Source: Gammaproteobacteria bacterium (GTDB lineage: Bacteria; Pseudomonadota; Gammaproteobacteria; Pseudomonadales; Azotimanducaceae). Taken from it: a DNA stretch of 64,000 bases. The position numbers and the translations under genes were made by a program. Below, piece by piece: positions 36,686-45,049 of the stretch (position 1 is the stretch's first letter; every line of letters starts with the position of its first letter). The notes under the pieces are model-generated. The model searched no databases, was not told where the DNA came from, and was given only the letters and a program-made list of their open reading frames with translations. The stretch lies in assembly GCA_030425195.1 (NCBI GenBank), contig JAUIAV010000025.1, positions 2,877 to 66,876 of the forward strand. The letters are read 5' to 3'.

Positions 36686-37840
36686 ATGAACGAAAACATG
36701 GAGGGTCGCCCTGGATTGAAAGGACGGACAGGACGGACAGGACGGACAGGACGGACAGGACGGACAGCAATCCCCCAGCAGCGCTCAGTGCACAAAGGCC
36801 GCGGTGCCGTGACCAACTCGGAGAGCCGCTTTCTCCCAACCCGCTCGATTCCCGTGTCCGATGGCTGGGATCTGGCGCCGGAAGAGGCCGGAAAGCCGGA
36901 GACCGTGCTTCTACCGGACAGAACCGTCCGACTCGTCACCAGGAACCGTTCGCCGGACATTCCCTTCGACCGGTCGATCAATCCCTACAAGGGCTGCGAG
37001 CACGGATGTGTCTACTGTTTTGCACGCCCGACCCACGCGTACCTGGACCTGTCGCCCGGTCTCGACTTCGAGACCCGGATCTTCTTCAAGACGGACGTCC
37101 GCAGACGGCTGGAGCAGGAGATCGGCGCGAAAGGCTACGAGTGCCACCCCATCGCGATGGGCACCAATACGGACCCCTATCAGCCGGCGGAACGCCAGCT
37201 CCGCATCACCCGGCGGATCCTCGAAGCACTGCTCGAGTGGCGGCATCCGGTGACCATCGTCACCAAGGGGCAGCTGATCCTGCGCGACCTGGATCTGCTG
37301 ACGGATCTGGCCAGGCTGGAACTGGTCCGGGTCAGCATCAGCGTGACGACGCTGGACAACGACCTGAAGACCAGACTGGAGCCACGTACCGCTTCGCCGG
37401 CTGCCAGGCTCAGAATGATCACGAAACTGAAAGAGGCGGGCGTGCCGGTGGGTGCCATGGTGGCTCCCGTGATCCCCTTTGTTAACGACGGGGAGCTCGA
37501 AGACATCGTGTCGGCCTGCGCGGGGGCGGGTGCGGGCTGGGCGGCGTACATCCTCCTGCGGCTCCCGAGCGAGGTCGCGCCCATCTTCCAGGCCTGGCTC
37601 GACGAGCACTATCCGCTGAAGGCATCTCGGGTGGAAAACGCCATCCGTGAGATGCGCGGCGGGGCCATGTACCGGTCCCGCTGGGGCCAGCGGATGCGCG
37701 GAACGGGGCCGATGGCCGATCTGATCGCCAGTCGGTTCCGGAATGCTTTGAAAGCCAGCGGCCTGGCTGATGCAGAGGCATCCAGACCGTTGCGGAGCGA
37801 CCTGTTCAGGCCGCCGGGCATGCAGGCAGAGCTCTTCTGA
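36686..37840 (+). CDS. PA0069-family radical SAM protein
   Basis: KGRGAVTNSESRF N-terminal signature and CEHGCVYC (CxxxCxxC) cluster motif, with conserved family sequence throughout. The start is uncertain: ATG 36686 or 36698, or GTG 36788 downstream of the repeat. Confidence 0.85.
   Translation: MNENMEGRPGLKGRTGRTGRTGRTGRTAIPQQRSVHKGRGAVTNSESRFLPTRSIPVSDGWDLAPEEAGKPETVLLPDRTVRLVTRNRSPDIPFDRSINPYKGCEHGCVYCFARPTHAYLDLSPGLDFETRIFFKTDVRRRLEQEIGAKGYECHPIAMGTNTDPYQPAERQLRITRRILEALLEWRHPVTIVTKGQLILRDLDLLTDLARLELVRVSISVTTLDNDLKTRLEPRTASPAARLRMITKLKEAGVPVGAMVAPVIPFVNDGELEDIVSACAGAGAGWAAYILLRLPSEVAPIFQAWLDEHYPLKASRVENAIREMRGGAMYRSRWGQRMRGTGPMADLIASRFRNALKASGLADAEASRPLRSDLFRPPGMQAELF
36722..36766. repeat. 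Perfect tandem repeat (GGACGGACA) x5
   Basis: Read directly: five contiguous identical 9-bp units. They are in frame with the radical SAM ORF (GRT x5) if translation begins at 36686 or 36698. Confidence 0.95.
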
Positions 37841-37877
37841 GCGCCGTTCCGATCAGGCTCTGCAAAGACACGGGCCC

Positions 37878-37906
37878 TTGACAAATGATCGCAACAAGCT
37901 TGTTAT
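37878..37906 (+). promoter_or_regulatory. Putative sigma70 promoter of the TonB-dependent receptor, with an embedded 12-bp palindrome
   Basis: TTGACA (37878-37883), a 17-nt spacer, then TGTTAT (37901-37906). The perfect palindrome AACAAGCTTGTT (37893-37904) spans the spacer and the -10. Confidence 0.5.
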
Positions 37907-37912
37907 GTCCGG

Positions 37913-37932
37913 GTTCGTTTGGGGAAACGAAC
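37913..37932 (+). promoter_or_regulatory. 5'-leader hairpin upstream of the TonB-dependent receptor
   Basis: GTTCGTTT-gggg-AAACGAAC, an 8-bp perfect stem, 12 nt upstream of the AGGAG RBS. Confidence 0.4.
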
Positions 37933-37957
37933 TAAAACATAAATCAGGAGAGAGACC

Positions 37958-40900
37958 ATGGACAATTCTGCCAGGCGAGCTGGCTTAGTTGTCTTATGCA
38001 GTATCTTGAGCGGGCCTGCGATTGCCCAGGAGGCAATCGAAGAGATCGTAGTTACCGGCTCCTACCTCAAGAAAGACAACTTTGACTCCTCTTCGCCACT
38101 GACCGTTATCGACAGCGAGGCCATCACGGCCAATGCCACACCCAATCTGGGTGAGTTGATGTCCCAGCAGACCTTCAACTACGGCAGCGACTTCCAGACC
38201 AACACTTACGCCGCCAGAGGACAGGGCGGAACCACCACCACGGCCAACCTGAGAGGACTCGGCGCCAGAGCGACGCTGAATCTGATCGACGGCAAGCGGT
38301 TGAATTTCGCGCCCAATACGGGTGCGGGATCCAATCTCAACAACGCCCTCCCGCAGATCGCCATCGAGCGCATCGACGTGCTGAAGGACGGCGCGTCCGC
38401 GATCTATGGTACGGATGCGGTGGCTGGTGTGGTGAATATCGTGACGAAGAAGAACTTCGATGGATTGAAGTTTTCCGTCTTCCACACCCAGGATAAGGAT
38501 AACGATTTCGATGAGAACCACCTGGAGGTCCTCTTCGGCACTGAAACAGGCTCGGGCCATTTCACGTTCGCGGCTTCCTACCGGGATCGCGGTGAGCTGA
38601 GACAGACGGACCGGCCGGAGTTTCTGCGTGAGGGCTTCGAACGTTCCGGGACCGGAAACCCCGGCGACTGGCTGGTCCCGAATCGGGATGCAACAGGTGC
38701 GCTCACGGGGGATGCCGCGCGGATGGCGGATCCAGGCTGCGGTGTGGACAACGGCCCCGGCGGTACGGATGTGGGCAGTCGATTCAACTGGCGGAGCGGC
38801 GATCGGAATCCGACCGGTACCAACTGCCGGCTGCACTTCGGGGAGTGGTGGAACTACATGAACCCGGTGAAGCAGACGGCGATCTGGTCGAATTTCTCCC
38901 ACGATTTCAACGAGAATCTGAGCAACGATTTCGACATTTTCTACACGCGTCTGGATACGGAAAGCCGCGGTTCCGCGCAGAATCCGGGTGGACGTACCGA
39001 AGAATTTCCCATCGTGCTGGGCGACCACCCCGGCAACCCGTTCCGGGCCATGGCCGATTCCAACGGGGACGACGTGCTGGAGCCGCTGTACGCGCAGGAT
39101 GTGAATGGCGATGGCATTCCGGATCGCGGGACGGCTGATGCCAATGGTGACGGGGTTCCCGACGTTCTGCTCACGGCCACCCCCTTCGATGCGGGTAGCG
39201 GCATTCCCTTCAACGAGGACGTGGACGTGGTGGCCCTGAGGATCTACGGCAAGCTGGGCACGCGGCCATCGGCACTCGACAGCGACGGCGCGAATACGGG
39301 TAACGCTACCTTCGATGAGAAGGATCTGCGGATCACCGATACGCTCACGTTTACGGTCCCCGATTCCAGCTGGGAAATCTCTCTGTCCGGTATTTACGAC
39401 CGGGTCGAGCGGGTGTTCAGACAGAAGAACACCAGCCAGTCGGCGCTGGTCGCCGGCCTGATGGGAGAGCTGAAGGCCAGCCCGGTGGACCCCACCACCA
39501 GCTACTGGAACCCCTTCTCCACGGTGGAGCTCAACTGCGTCGATCGCGTCTGCGCCAACACGGGCACCGCGAGCTTCGAGAACACACTGGACGTGATGAA
39601 CGCCGTCGATATCACCGCAAACGACGTGCTGGAAAGCATCTACCAGGACTACACCCTCATCGCGGTAGGTGATCTGTTCGAGTGGCAGGCAGGCACGGTG
39701 GGCATGGCGGTTGGCGCCCAGTACCGGAAGACCCGTTGGGATGTTGATCTGAATGAGGCCTACAACCGATGCGACTGGCACGAAGGCGGTTGTGGGTTCG
39801 ACTACCGTGCCAGCCAGAGTGTGAACTCGGCGTTCTTCGAACTGGCCATACCGCTGATGGACAGCGACTCGCTCGGCTATGCGGAAGTTCAGGTGGCCGG
39901 CCGCTACGAGGACTATGACGGCGGTATCGGCGGCGATTTCAATCCGAAGTTTGCCGGTCTCTGGCAGCCGACCGAATGGCTGTCGATCAGAGGATCGTGG
40001 AGCTCGGCGTTCATCGCGCCGTCACTCGAGGATCTGTACGAGCCGGAAGACTGTGGCCTGCAGACGGCCTCGGACCCGCTGACCGGTGACCTGTCTCAGT
40101 CCTTCCGGGTGGCCTGTGTAGCCGGAAACTCTGAACTCGAACCGGAAACGGCGGACGTCTGGAACGTCGGTTTCTCGCTGCAGCTGCTGGAGGGCGATCT
40201 GAATCTGGGCATGGATTACAGCTCGTTCGACTTCCAGGACCGGATTGCCGAAACCACCATGAATCAAGTGCTGAGCCGGGATTTCAACAACTTCGTTGCG
40301 GCGGGCAACACGCCGGGCGACGCAGCTGACATCGCGGCCTGGATTGCACCGGGCGGCGGCAGTGACCCGGCCATTCAGAGGGACACGACGGGTGTGCTTA
40401 CCCGGGTGACCACGTCCCTGCTGAATGCACAGGAGATGAAGCACAAGGCCTTCGATTTCTATGCGCGCTACAACCTGAACACCGACAGTATCGGTAGCTT
40501 CTTCCTCAATCTGGATGCGACTCTGGTTGACGAATACAGCTACGATCTCGGCTTCGGGATTCCGCCCGGCGACGGTGTGGGCAAGCAGAATGAAAGCGTT
40601 GCCGAAGTCCCGCCGATTCCGGAATGGCGGATCACGGGCACGGTGAACTGGTCGCTGCGCAATCATGCAGCCATGCTCCGGCTGCGATGGCTGGATGAGG
40701 TCGAGATCGACTTCAACTCCGGCGCGCTGCAGGCAGCTCAAGTCGCCACAAGAGGTTCGGTGATGAAGGACATGCTCTATACGGATCTGAGCTATTCCTA
40801 CACCTTCCCGAGCCTGTTCGGAGAAGGACGTCCGACGACGATCGAAGCAGGAGGACGGAATGTTTTCGACGAGTATCCGGATCCCATCCTGAATCTCGGT

Positions 40901-40969
40901 GGCATCGAAACCTTCCTGTACGACATTCGCGGTCGTATGTGGTACCTGCGGGTCACTCAGGAAATCTGA
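37958..40969 (+). CDS. TonB-dependent receptor
   Basis: Signal peptide, a plug domain (EEIVVTGSY, ERIDVLKDGASAIYGTDAVAGVVNIVT), and a long beta-barrel region. 1003 aa. Confidence 0.92.
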   Translation: MDNSARRAGLVVLCSILSGPAIAQEAIEEIVVTGSYLKKDNFDSSSPLTVIDSEAITANATPNLGELMSQQTFNYGSDFQTNTYAARGQGGTTTTANLRGLGARATLNLIDGKRLNFAPNTGAGSNLNNALPQIAIERIDVLKDGASAIYGTDAVAGVVNIVTKKNFDGLKFSVFHTQDKDNDFDENHLEVLFGTETGSGHFTFAASYRDRGELRQTDRPEFLREGFERSGTGNPGDWLVPNRDATGALTGDAARMADPGCGVDNGPGGTDVGSRFNWRSGDRNPTGTNCRLHFGEWWNYMNPVKQTAIWSNFSHDFNENLSNDFDIFYTRLDTESRGSAQNPGGRTEEFPIVLGDHPGNPFRAMADSNGDDVLEPLYAQDVNGDGIPDRGTADANGDGVPDVLLTATPFDAGSGIPFNEDVDVVALRIYGKLGTRPSALDSDGANTGNATFDEKDLRITDTLTFTVPDSSWEISLSGIYDRVERVFRQKNTSQSALVAGLMGELKASPVDPTTSYWNPFSTVELNCVDRVCANTGTASFENTLDVMNAVDITANDVLESIYQDYTLIAVGDLFEWQAGTVGMAVGAQYRKTRWDVDLNEAYNRCDWHEGGCGFDYRASQSVNSAFFELAIPLMDSDSLGYAEVQVAGRYEDYDGGIGGDFNPKFAGLWQPTEWLSIRGSWSSAFIAPSLEDLYEPEDCGLQTASDPLTGDLSQSFRVACVAGNSELEPETADVWNVGFSLQLLEGDLNLGMDYSSFDFQDRIAETTMNQVLSRDFNNFVAAGNTPGDAADIAAWIAPGGGSDPAIQRDTTGVLTRVTTSLLNAQEMKHKAFDFYARYNLNTDSIGSFFLNLDATLVDEYSYDLGFGIPPGDGVGKQNESVAEVPPIPEWRITGTVNWSLRNHAAMLRLRWLDEVEIDFNSGALQAAQVATRGSVMKDMLYTDLSYSYTFPSLFGEGRPTTIEAGGRNVFDEYPDPILNLGGIETFLYDIRGRMWYLRVTQEI

Positions 40970-40989
40970 AGCCATTCTGGAGCAATCAG

Positions 40990-41025
40990 GCCCCTGTCGG
41001 TTCAGACCGACAGGGGCTTTTCATT
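40990..41025 (+). terminator. Rho-independent terminator after the TonB-dependent receptor
   Basis: GCCCCTGTCGG-ttcaga-CCGACAGGGGC, an 11-bp perfect stem, followed by TTTTCATT. It lies between convergent genes. Confidence 0.85.
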
Positions 41026-41034
41026 GGCGCTCGG

Positions 41035-42441
41035 TCAGCCTCCCTGAAACCGTCTGCCGGCACGGAAGCGCAGGTAGAGCGCGATCCCAAGCACGGTCCA
41101 GACCGAGATCGTCACCCATTCATAGGGCCAGATGAGCGCTGATGGGCTGCCAGGCAGGTAAGCGCTGATCAGCGCCACCGCCAGGGCGATGGCACCATAG
41201 CCGACCAGTCTGGGATGGGAGACGGTGAACGGCCGCTCCATGTCCGGCTCCTTTCTCCGCAGGGCCAGAAAAGCGAACGGCACGAAGAGGTACGCCACGA
41301 TGGTGGCGAAGCCGCCCGCGTCGATCAGCCAGACGAGAACCGTTCTTCCGAACAGGGGTGCCACGCAGGACAGGGCGCCGATGGCGATGATGCCCACGTA
41401 CGGAGTGTGAAACTTCGGGTGCAGGCGGGCGAAAACAGCCGGCACCATGCCGGATTCGGCCAGCGCGAACAGCAGCCGGCTGCCGCCGATGACGAAGGCG
41501 TTCCAGCTGGTCAGGATGCCGGCCACCCCACCGAGCACCAGCAGCGCGCCCGCGCTCGGGTGGCCCCAGAGCGTGGCTGCGGCGTCTCCCGTTGCCATCT
41601 CGCTCGCGATCAGGTCCGACTGCGGCATGGACATGGCCACGCCGAAGCTGATCAGTCCGTACCAGAGCACGGCCAGAAAAACGGAAACCACCAGCAGAAG
41701 CCCGATCCTCGCGGGCGGTAGGTTGATCTCCTCCGCGGACTGGGGGATCACGTCGAATCCGACCAGCAGCGCCGGGACCATGATCAGCACGCTCAGAATG
41801 CCCGTCGCAGGTACCCCGATCCAGGGCCTGGCGTTGTCCACGCTGCCGAAGCTGACCGCACCGATCAGCAGCGCCACGCCGGCAATCATGATCATCGAGA
41901 AGGCGATCGTCTGGAACCAGGCCGCGGGTTTGATTCCGAGCACGTTGACGACGGTGATCACGAGGGAGGCCCCGGCGCCGATGAGCACGAAGCCGAGATC
42001 CACGTCGGAGCCCATGAAGGTCCAGAGCGTCCCGAGCCGGATGTTCGGGGTCAGGTATTCCATGGCCGTGGGCAGCGCCACCGCCTCGAACAGACAGACG
42101 TTCACATAGGCCAGCAGCAGCGCCCAGGTGCAGAAGAACGACCAGCCGGGGCCCAGTCCCCGGTGCGTATAGACGTGCTCGCCGCCCGCATGGGGCATGG
42201 CGGAGACCAGCTCGCTGTAGGTGAGGCCGATGAGGGCGATGGCCAGGCCCCCGGCGGCGAATGCGATCAGGGTGCCCACGGAGCCAGCTTCCTGCACCCA
42301 GAATCCGGTCATGAGCACCCAGCTCCAGCCGATCATGGCGCCGAAGGCGAGGGTGATCACCTCGCGGCTTTTGAGCACCTTCATGAAGCGCGCGGGGGAT
42401 TCGGGGCCTGTTCCGGGATCTGAGGCGTGGTGACGATTCAT
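41035..42441 (-). CDS. APC-family amino acid/polyamine permease
   Basis: 468 aa with about 12 TM segments and an N-terminal LTLAFGAMIGWSW-type APC signature. Confidence 0.88.
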   Translation of the reverse strand: MNRHHASDPGTGPESPARFMKVLKSREVITLAFGAMIGWSWVLMTGFWVQEAGSVGTLIAFAAGGLAIALIGLTYSELVSAMPHAGGEHVYTHRGLGPGWSFFCTWALLLAYVNVCLFEAVALPTAMEYLTPNIRLGTLWTFMGSDVDLGFVLIGAGASLVITVVNVLGIKPAAWFQTIAFSMIMIAGVALLIGAVSFGSVDNARPWIGVPATGILSVLIMVPALLVGFDVIPQSAEEINLPPARIGLLLVVSVFLAVLWYGLISFGVAMSMPQSDLIASEMATGDAAATLWGHPSAGALLVLGGVAGILTSWNAFVIGGSRLLFALAESGMVPAVFARLHPKFHTPYVGIIAIGALSCVAPLFGRTVLVWLIDAGGFATIVAYLFVPFAFLALRRKEPDMERPFTVSHPRLVGYGAIALAVALISAYLPGSPSALIWPYEWVTISVWTVLGIALYLRFRAGRRFQGG

Positions 42442-42506
42442 GCGGATAAGCTTGTTAAAATTGTTGTCTCACAAGCATAACGTAAGCGGCAGGTCCCGAA
42501 GGCCAT

Positions 42507-42767
42507 ATGCAGCAGTTCGATTTCCAGCACCGGCACAAGTCCTACTATCTGCGGATCACCGACGAGGGTACGCTCGAGCTCTACGTGGACGACTGTCTGC
42601 GCAAGGACCGCCCGAAGACAGGCCGTGAGCCCCAGTACGTGTGGACCAATGTGGAGCTGGAGTGGGAAGAGCACCACTACATCGAGGCGCGTTACTGGGC
42701 ATCCACCGGCCGGCTGCAGGTGACCATCAACGGCGAACCGGTCTTCGACGAGCCGGTCGCGGCCTGA
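42507..42767 (+). CDS. Hypothetical small protein
   Basis: 86-aa ORF with coding-like composition upstream of the aldehyde dehydrogenase. No family recognised. Confidence 0.45.
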   Translation: MQQFDFQHRHKSYYLRITDEGTLELYVDDCLRKDRPKTGREPQYVWTNVELEWEEHHYIEARYWASTGRLQVTINGEPVFDEPVAA

Positions 42768-42807
42768 TACTGACAACGATGAACGGGCAGGGCCCGGGAG
42801 GCACTCA

Positions 42808-44259
42808 ATGGCGGAAGCTACTCTGATACCCGAAACCAGTCGGGAAGACATGCTCGCGCTGCTCGAGCGGCAGCGGGCAAATTACCTGGCGGAAGGCGTG
42901 GTCAGCGCGGCAAAGCGCAGGGACCGGCTGGAGCGCGCCGTTTCTCTGCTCAAGATCCATCAGGACCGGCTGGTCACCGCCATGCGGGACGACTTCGGCC
43001 ATCGCAGCGAGCATCAGTCCCTGTTCACGGACATCGCCAGCTGCATCGGCCCGCTGCGCCACGCAGAGGCGAATCTGGAAAAGTGGATGAAGCCGGAGAA
43101 ACGCAAGGTCGGACCCTTTCCGCTCAACCTGCTCGGTGCCAGAGCCCGGGTGGAGTTTCAGCCGCTCGGCGTGGTGGGCGTGATCAGCCCCTGGAATTTC
43201 CCGGTGAATCTCACCTTCACGCCCCTGGCCGGCATTCTGGCTGCCGGTAACCGCTGCATGATCAAACCCTCCGAATTCACGCCGGCGACCTCCGAGGTGA
43301 TGGCCGAGATTTTTCCCACCGCCTTCGATGAGCTGGAAATCGCCGTCGTCACAGGCGGCCCGCAGACGGGTGCTGACTTCTCCGGACTGCCTTTCGACCA
43401 CCTCCTGTTCACGGGAGCGACCTCCATCGCCCGTCACGTGATGCGCGCGGCGTCCGAGAATCTGGTGCCGGTCACCCTGGAGCTCGGCGGCAAGTCGCCG
43501 GTAGTGGTGGGACGTTCTGCGGATGTGCAGAAGACGGCGGACGCCATCATGATGGGCAAGACCCTGAATGCCGGTCAGATCTGTCTGGCGCCGGACTACG
43601 TGTTCGTGCCGGAGGAGAAGGTGGATGACTTCGTCGAATCGGCCGCGCGCTCGGTGGAGAAGATGTATCCGACCCTGCTGGACAACCCGGACTACACCTC
43701 GGTGATCAACGAGCGGCACTACCAGCGTCTGAACGGCTATCTGGAAGAAGCCAGGGCCCGGGGTGCCAGGGTGGTGGAGGTGAATCCGGCCGGTGAGGAT
43801 TTCCGTCAGCAGCCGCATCACAAGATCCCGCCGACCCTGGTCATCGATCCGGACGAGGATCTGGGTCTGATGCAGGATGAGATCTTCGGCCCGGTGCTGC
43901 CCGTGAAGGGTTACAGGGACGTGAAGGAAACCATCGACTATGTGAATCACAAACCCCGCCCGCTCGGCCTCTACTACTTCGGCCAGGATCAGACCGAAGA
44001 GGAAACCGTGCTGACCCGCACCACCTCCGGCGGGGTGACGGTGAATGACGTGGTGATGCACGTGGCTCAGGAAGATCTTCCGTTCGGCGGCGTCGGTCCT
44101 TCCGGCATGGGTGCCTACCACGGACACGACGGCTTCAGAACCTTCAGCCATGCGAAGGCCATCTTCACGCAGTCGAAAATCAACGTGGCGGAGCTCGCCG
44201 GATTGAAACCGCCCTACGGCGAGAAAATGCTGAAGGCGGTCCGGGCTCAGATGAAGTGA
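42808..44259 (+). CDS. Aldehyde dehydrogenase, coniferyl-aldehyde/ALDH3-like class
   Basis: WNFPVNL, ELGGKSP, catalytic Cys in GQICLAPDY, and the EIFGPVL motif. Confidence 0.92.
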   Translation: MAEATLIPETSREDMLALLERQRANYLAEGVVSAAKRRDRLERAVSLLKIHQDRLVTAMRDDFGHRSEHQSLFTDIASCIGPLRHAEANLEKWMKPEKRKVGPFPLNLLGARARVEFQPLGVVGVISPWNFPVNLTFTPLAGILAAGNRCMIKPSEFTPATSEVMAEIFPTAFDELEIAVVTGGPQTGADFSGLPFDHLLFTGATSIARHVMRAASENLVPVTLELGGKSPVVVGRSADVQKTADAIMMGKTLNAGQICLAPDYVFVPEEKVDDFVESAARSVEKMYPTLLDNPDYTSVINERHYQRLNGYLEEARARGARVVEVNPAGEDFRQQPHHKIPPTLVIDPDEDLGLMQDEIFGPVLPVKGYRDVKETIDYVNHKPRPLGLYYFGQDQTEEETVLTRTTSGGVTVNDVVMHVAQEDLPFGGVGPSGMGAYHGHDGFRTFSHAKAIFTQSKINVAELAGLKPPYGEKMLKAVRAQMK

Positions 44260-45041
44260 TGAACGCGACAGCGGCACTGGAAACCCGCGCCTTCGAGCGG
44301 GACGGTTATCTCGTGGTCCGGGGCCTGTGTCCCGGATTCCTGCGGGAACGGCTGCTGTCTGCCGCCGCCGCACATCAGAATCCGGTCCTGGGTCCGGTTG
44401 AGTACGAGGCGGAAGTGGGCTATCCGGGCTCGCCGGCCAGCCGCTCGGACGAGGGCGGTAACACGCCGCGGCGTCTGCTCAATGCGTTCAGCCGGGACGC
44501 GGCCTTCAGGGACTGGGCCATCGGGCGGGAAGTCGGCGATCAGCTTCGTGCCATCTTCAGGGCGGAGGCCGGTCATGAAAACGTGCAGCTGTCCCAGTGC
44601 CATCACAACTGCCTGATGACCAAGTACCCGGGCTTCTCGAGCGCCACCCTCTGGCATCAGGACATCCGGTACTGGTCCTTCGACAGGCCGGAGCTGGTCT
44701 CCGTGTGGCTGGCGCTCGGTGAGGAGACGGAGAGGAATGGTGCGCTCAAGGTGATTCCAGGCAGCCACCGGCTCGAGCTGGATCGGGGCCGGCTGGATTC
44801 CGCCCTGTTTCTCCGAACGGATCTCGAAGATAACCAGGCGTTGCTGGATTCGGCACAGTCCGTGCCGCTGGGGCCGGGTGACGTGCTCTTCTTTCACTGC
44901 CGGCTCTTCCATGCAGCCGGCATGAACCTCACGGAGACGATCAAGCAGTCGCTGGTCTTCACCTACCACGCGGCGGACAATCGACCCATTCCGGAAACCC
45001 GCTCGGCCCAGCTGCCCAGCATCCCTCTCAGCGCGGAGTAA
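44256..45041 (+). CDS. Phytanoyl-CoA dioxygenase (PhyH) family Fe(II)/2OG oxygenase
   Basis: PhyH-like sequence (WHQDIRYW, VWLALGE, GSH). The start overlaps the ALDH stop; the ATG at 44259 is an alternative to the GTG at 44256. Confidence 0.85.
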   Translation: MMNATAALETRAFERDGYLVVRGLCPGFLRERLLSAAAAHQNPVLGPVEYEAEVGYPGSPASRSDEGGNTPRRLLNAFSRDAAFRDWAIGREVGDQLRAIFRAEAGHENVQLSQCHHNCLMTKYPGFSSATLWHQDIRYWSFDRPELVSVWLALGEETERNGALKVIPGSHRLELDRGRLDSALFLRTDLEDNQALLDSAQSVPLGPGDVLFFHCRLFHAAGMNLTETIKQSLVFTYHAADNRPIPETRSAQLPSIPLSAE

Positions 45042-45049
45042 CCGCACGC

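Noticed and set aside
36522-36839. A minus-strand ORF encoding an (LSV)n repeat protein, and a plus-frame ORF (36568-37485) crossing the tandem repeat.
   Set aside because: Both are by-products of the 9-bp repeat being open in several frames. They lack RBSs and overlap the well-supported radical SAM frame.
37994-39781. 595-aa ORF antisense to the TonB-dependent receptor. Similar long antisense or off-frame ORFs occur at 600-1757(-), 7373-8494(-), 8329-9339(-), 25337-26728(-), 34357-35742(+), 42805-44373(-), 46557-48407(+), 52730-54523(+), 57325-59148(+) and 22662-23978(+).
   Set aside because: Their translations are Arg/Pro/Gly/His-rich and low in complexity, with no recognisable motifs. Each lies opposite or out of frame to a gene with clear family signatures. 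Long stop-free antisense frames are expected in GC-rich DNA.
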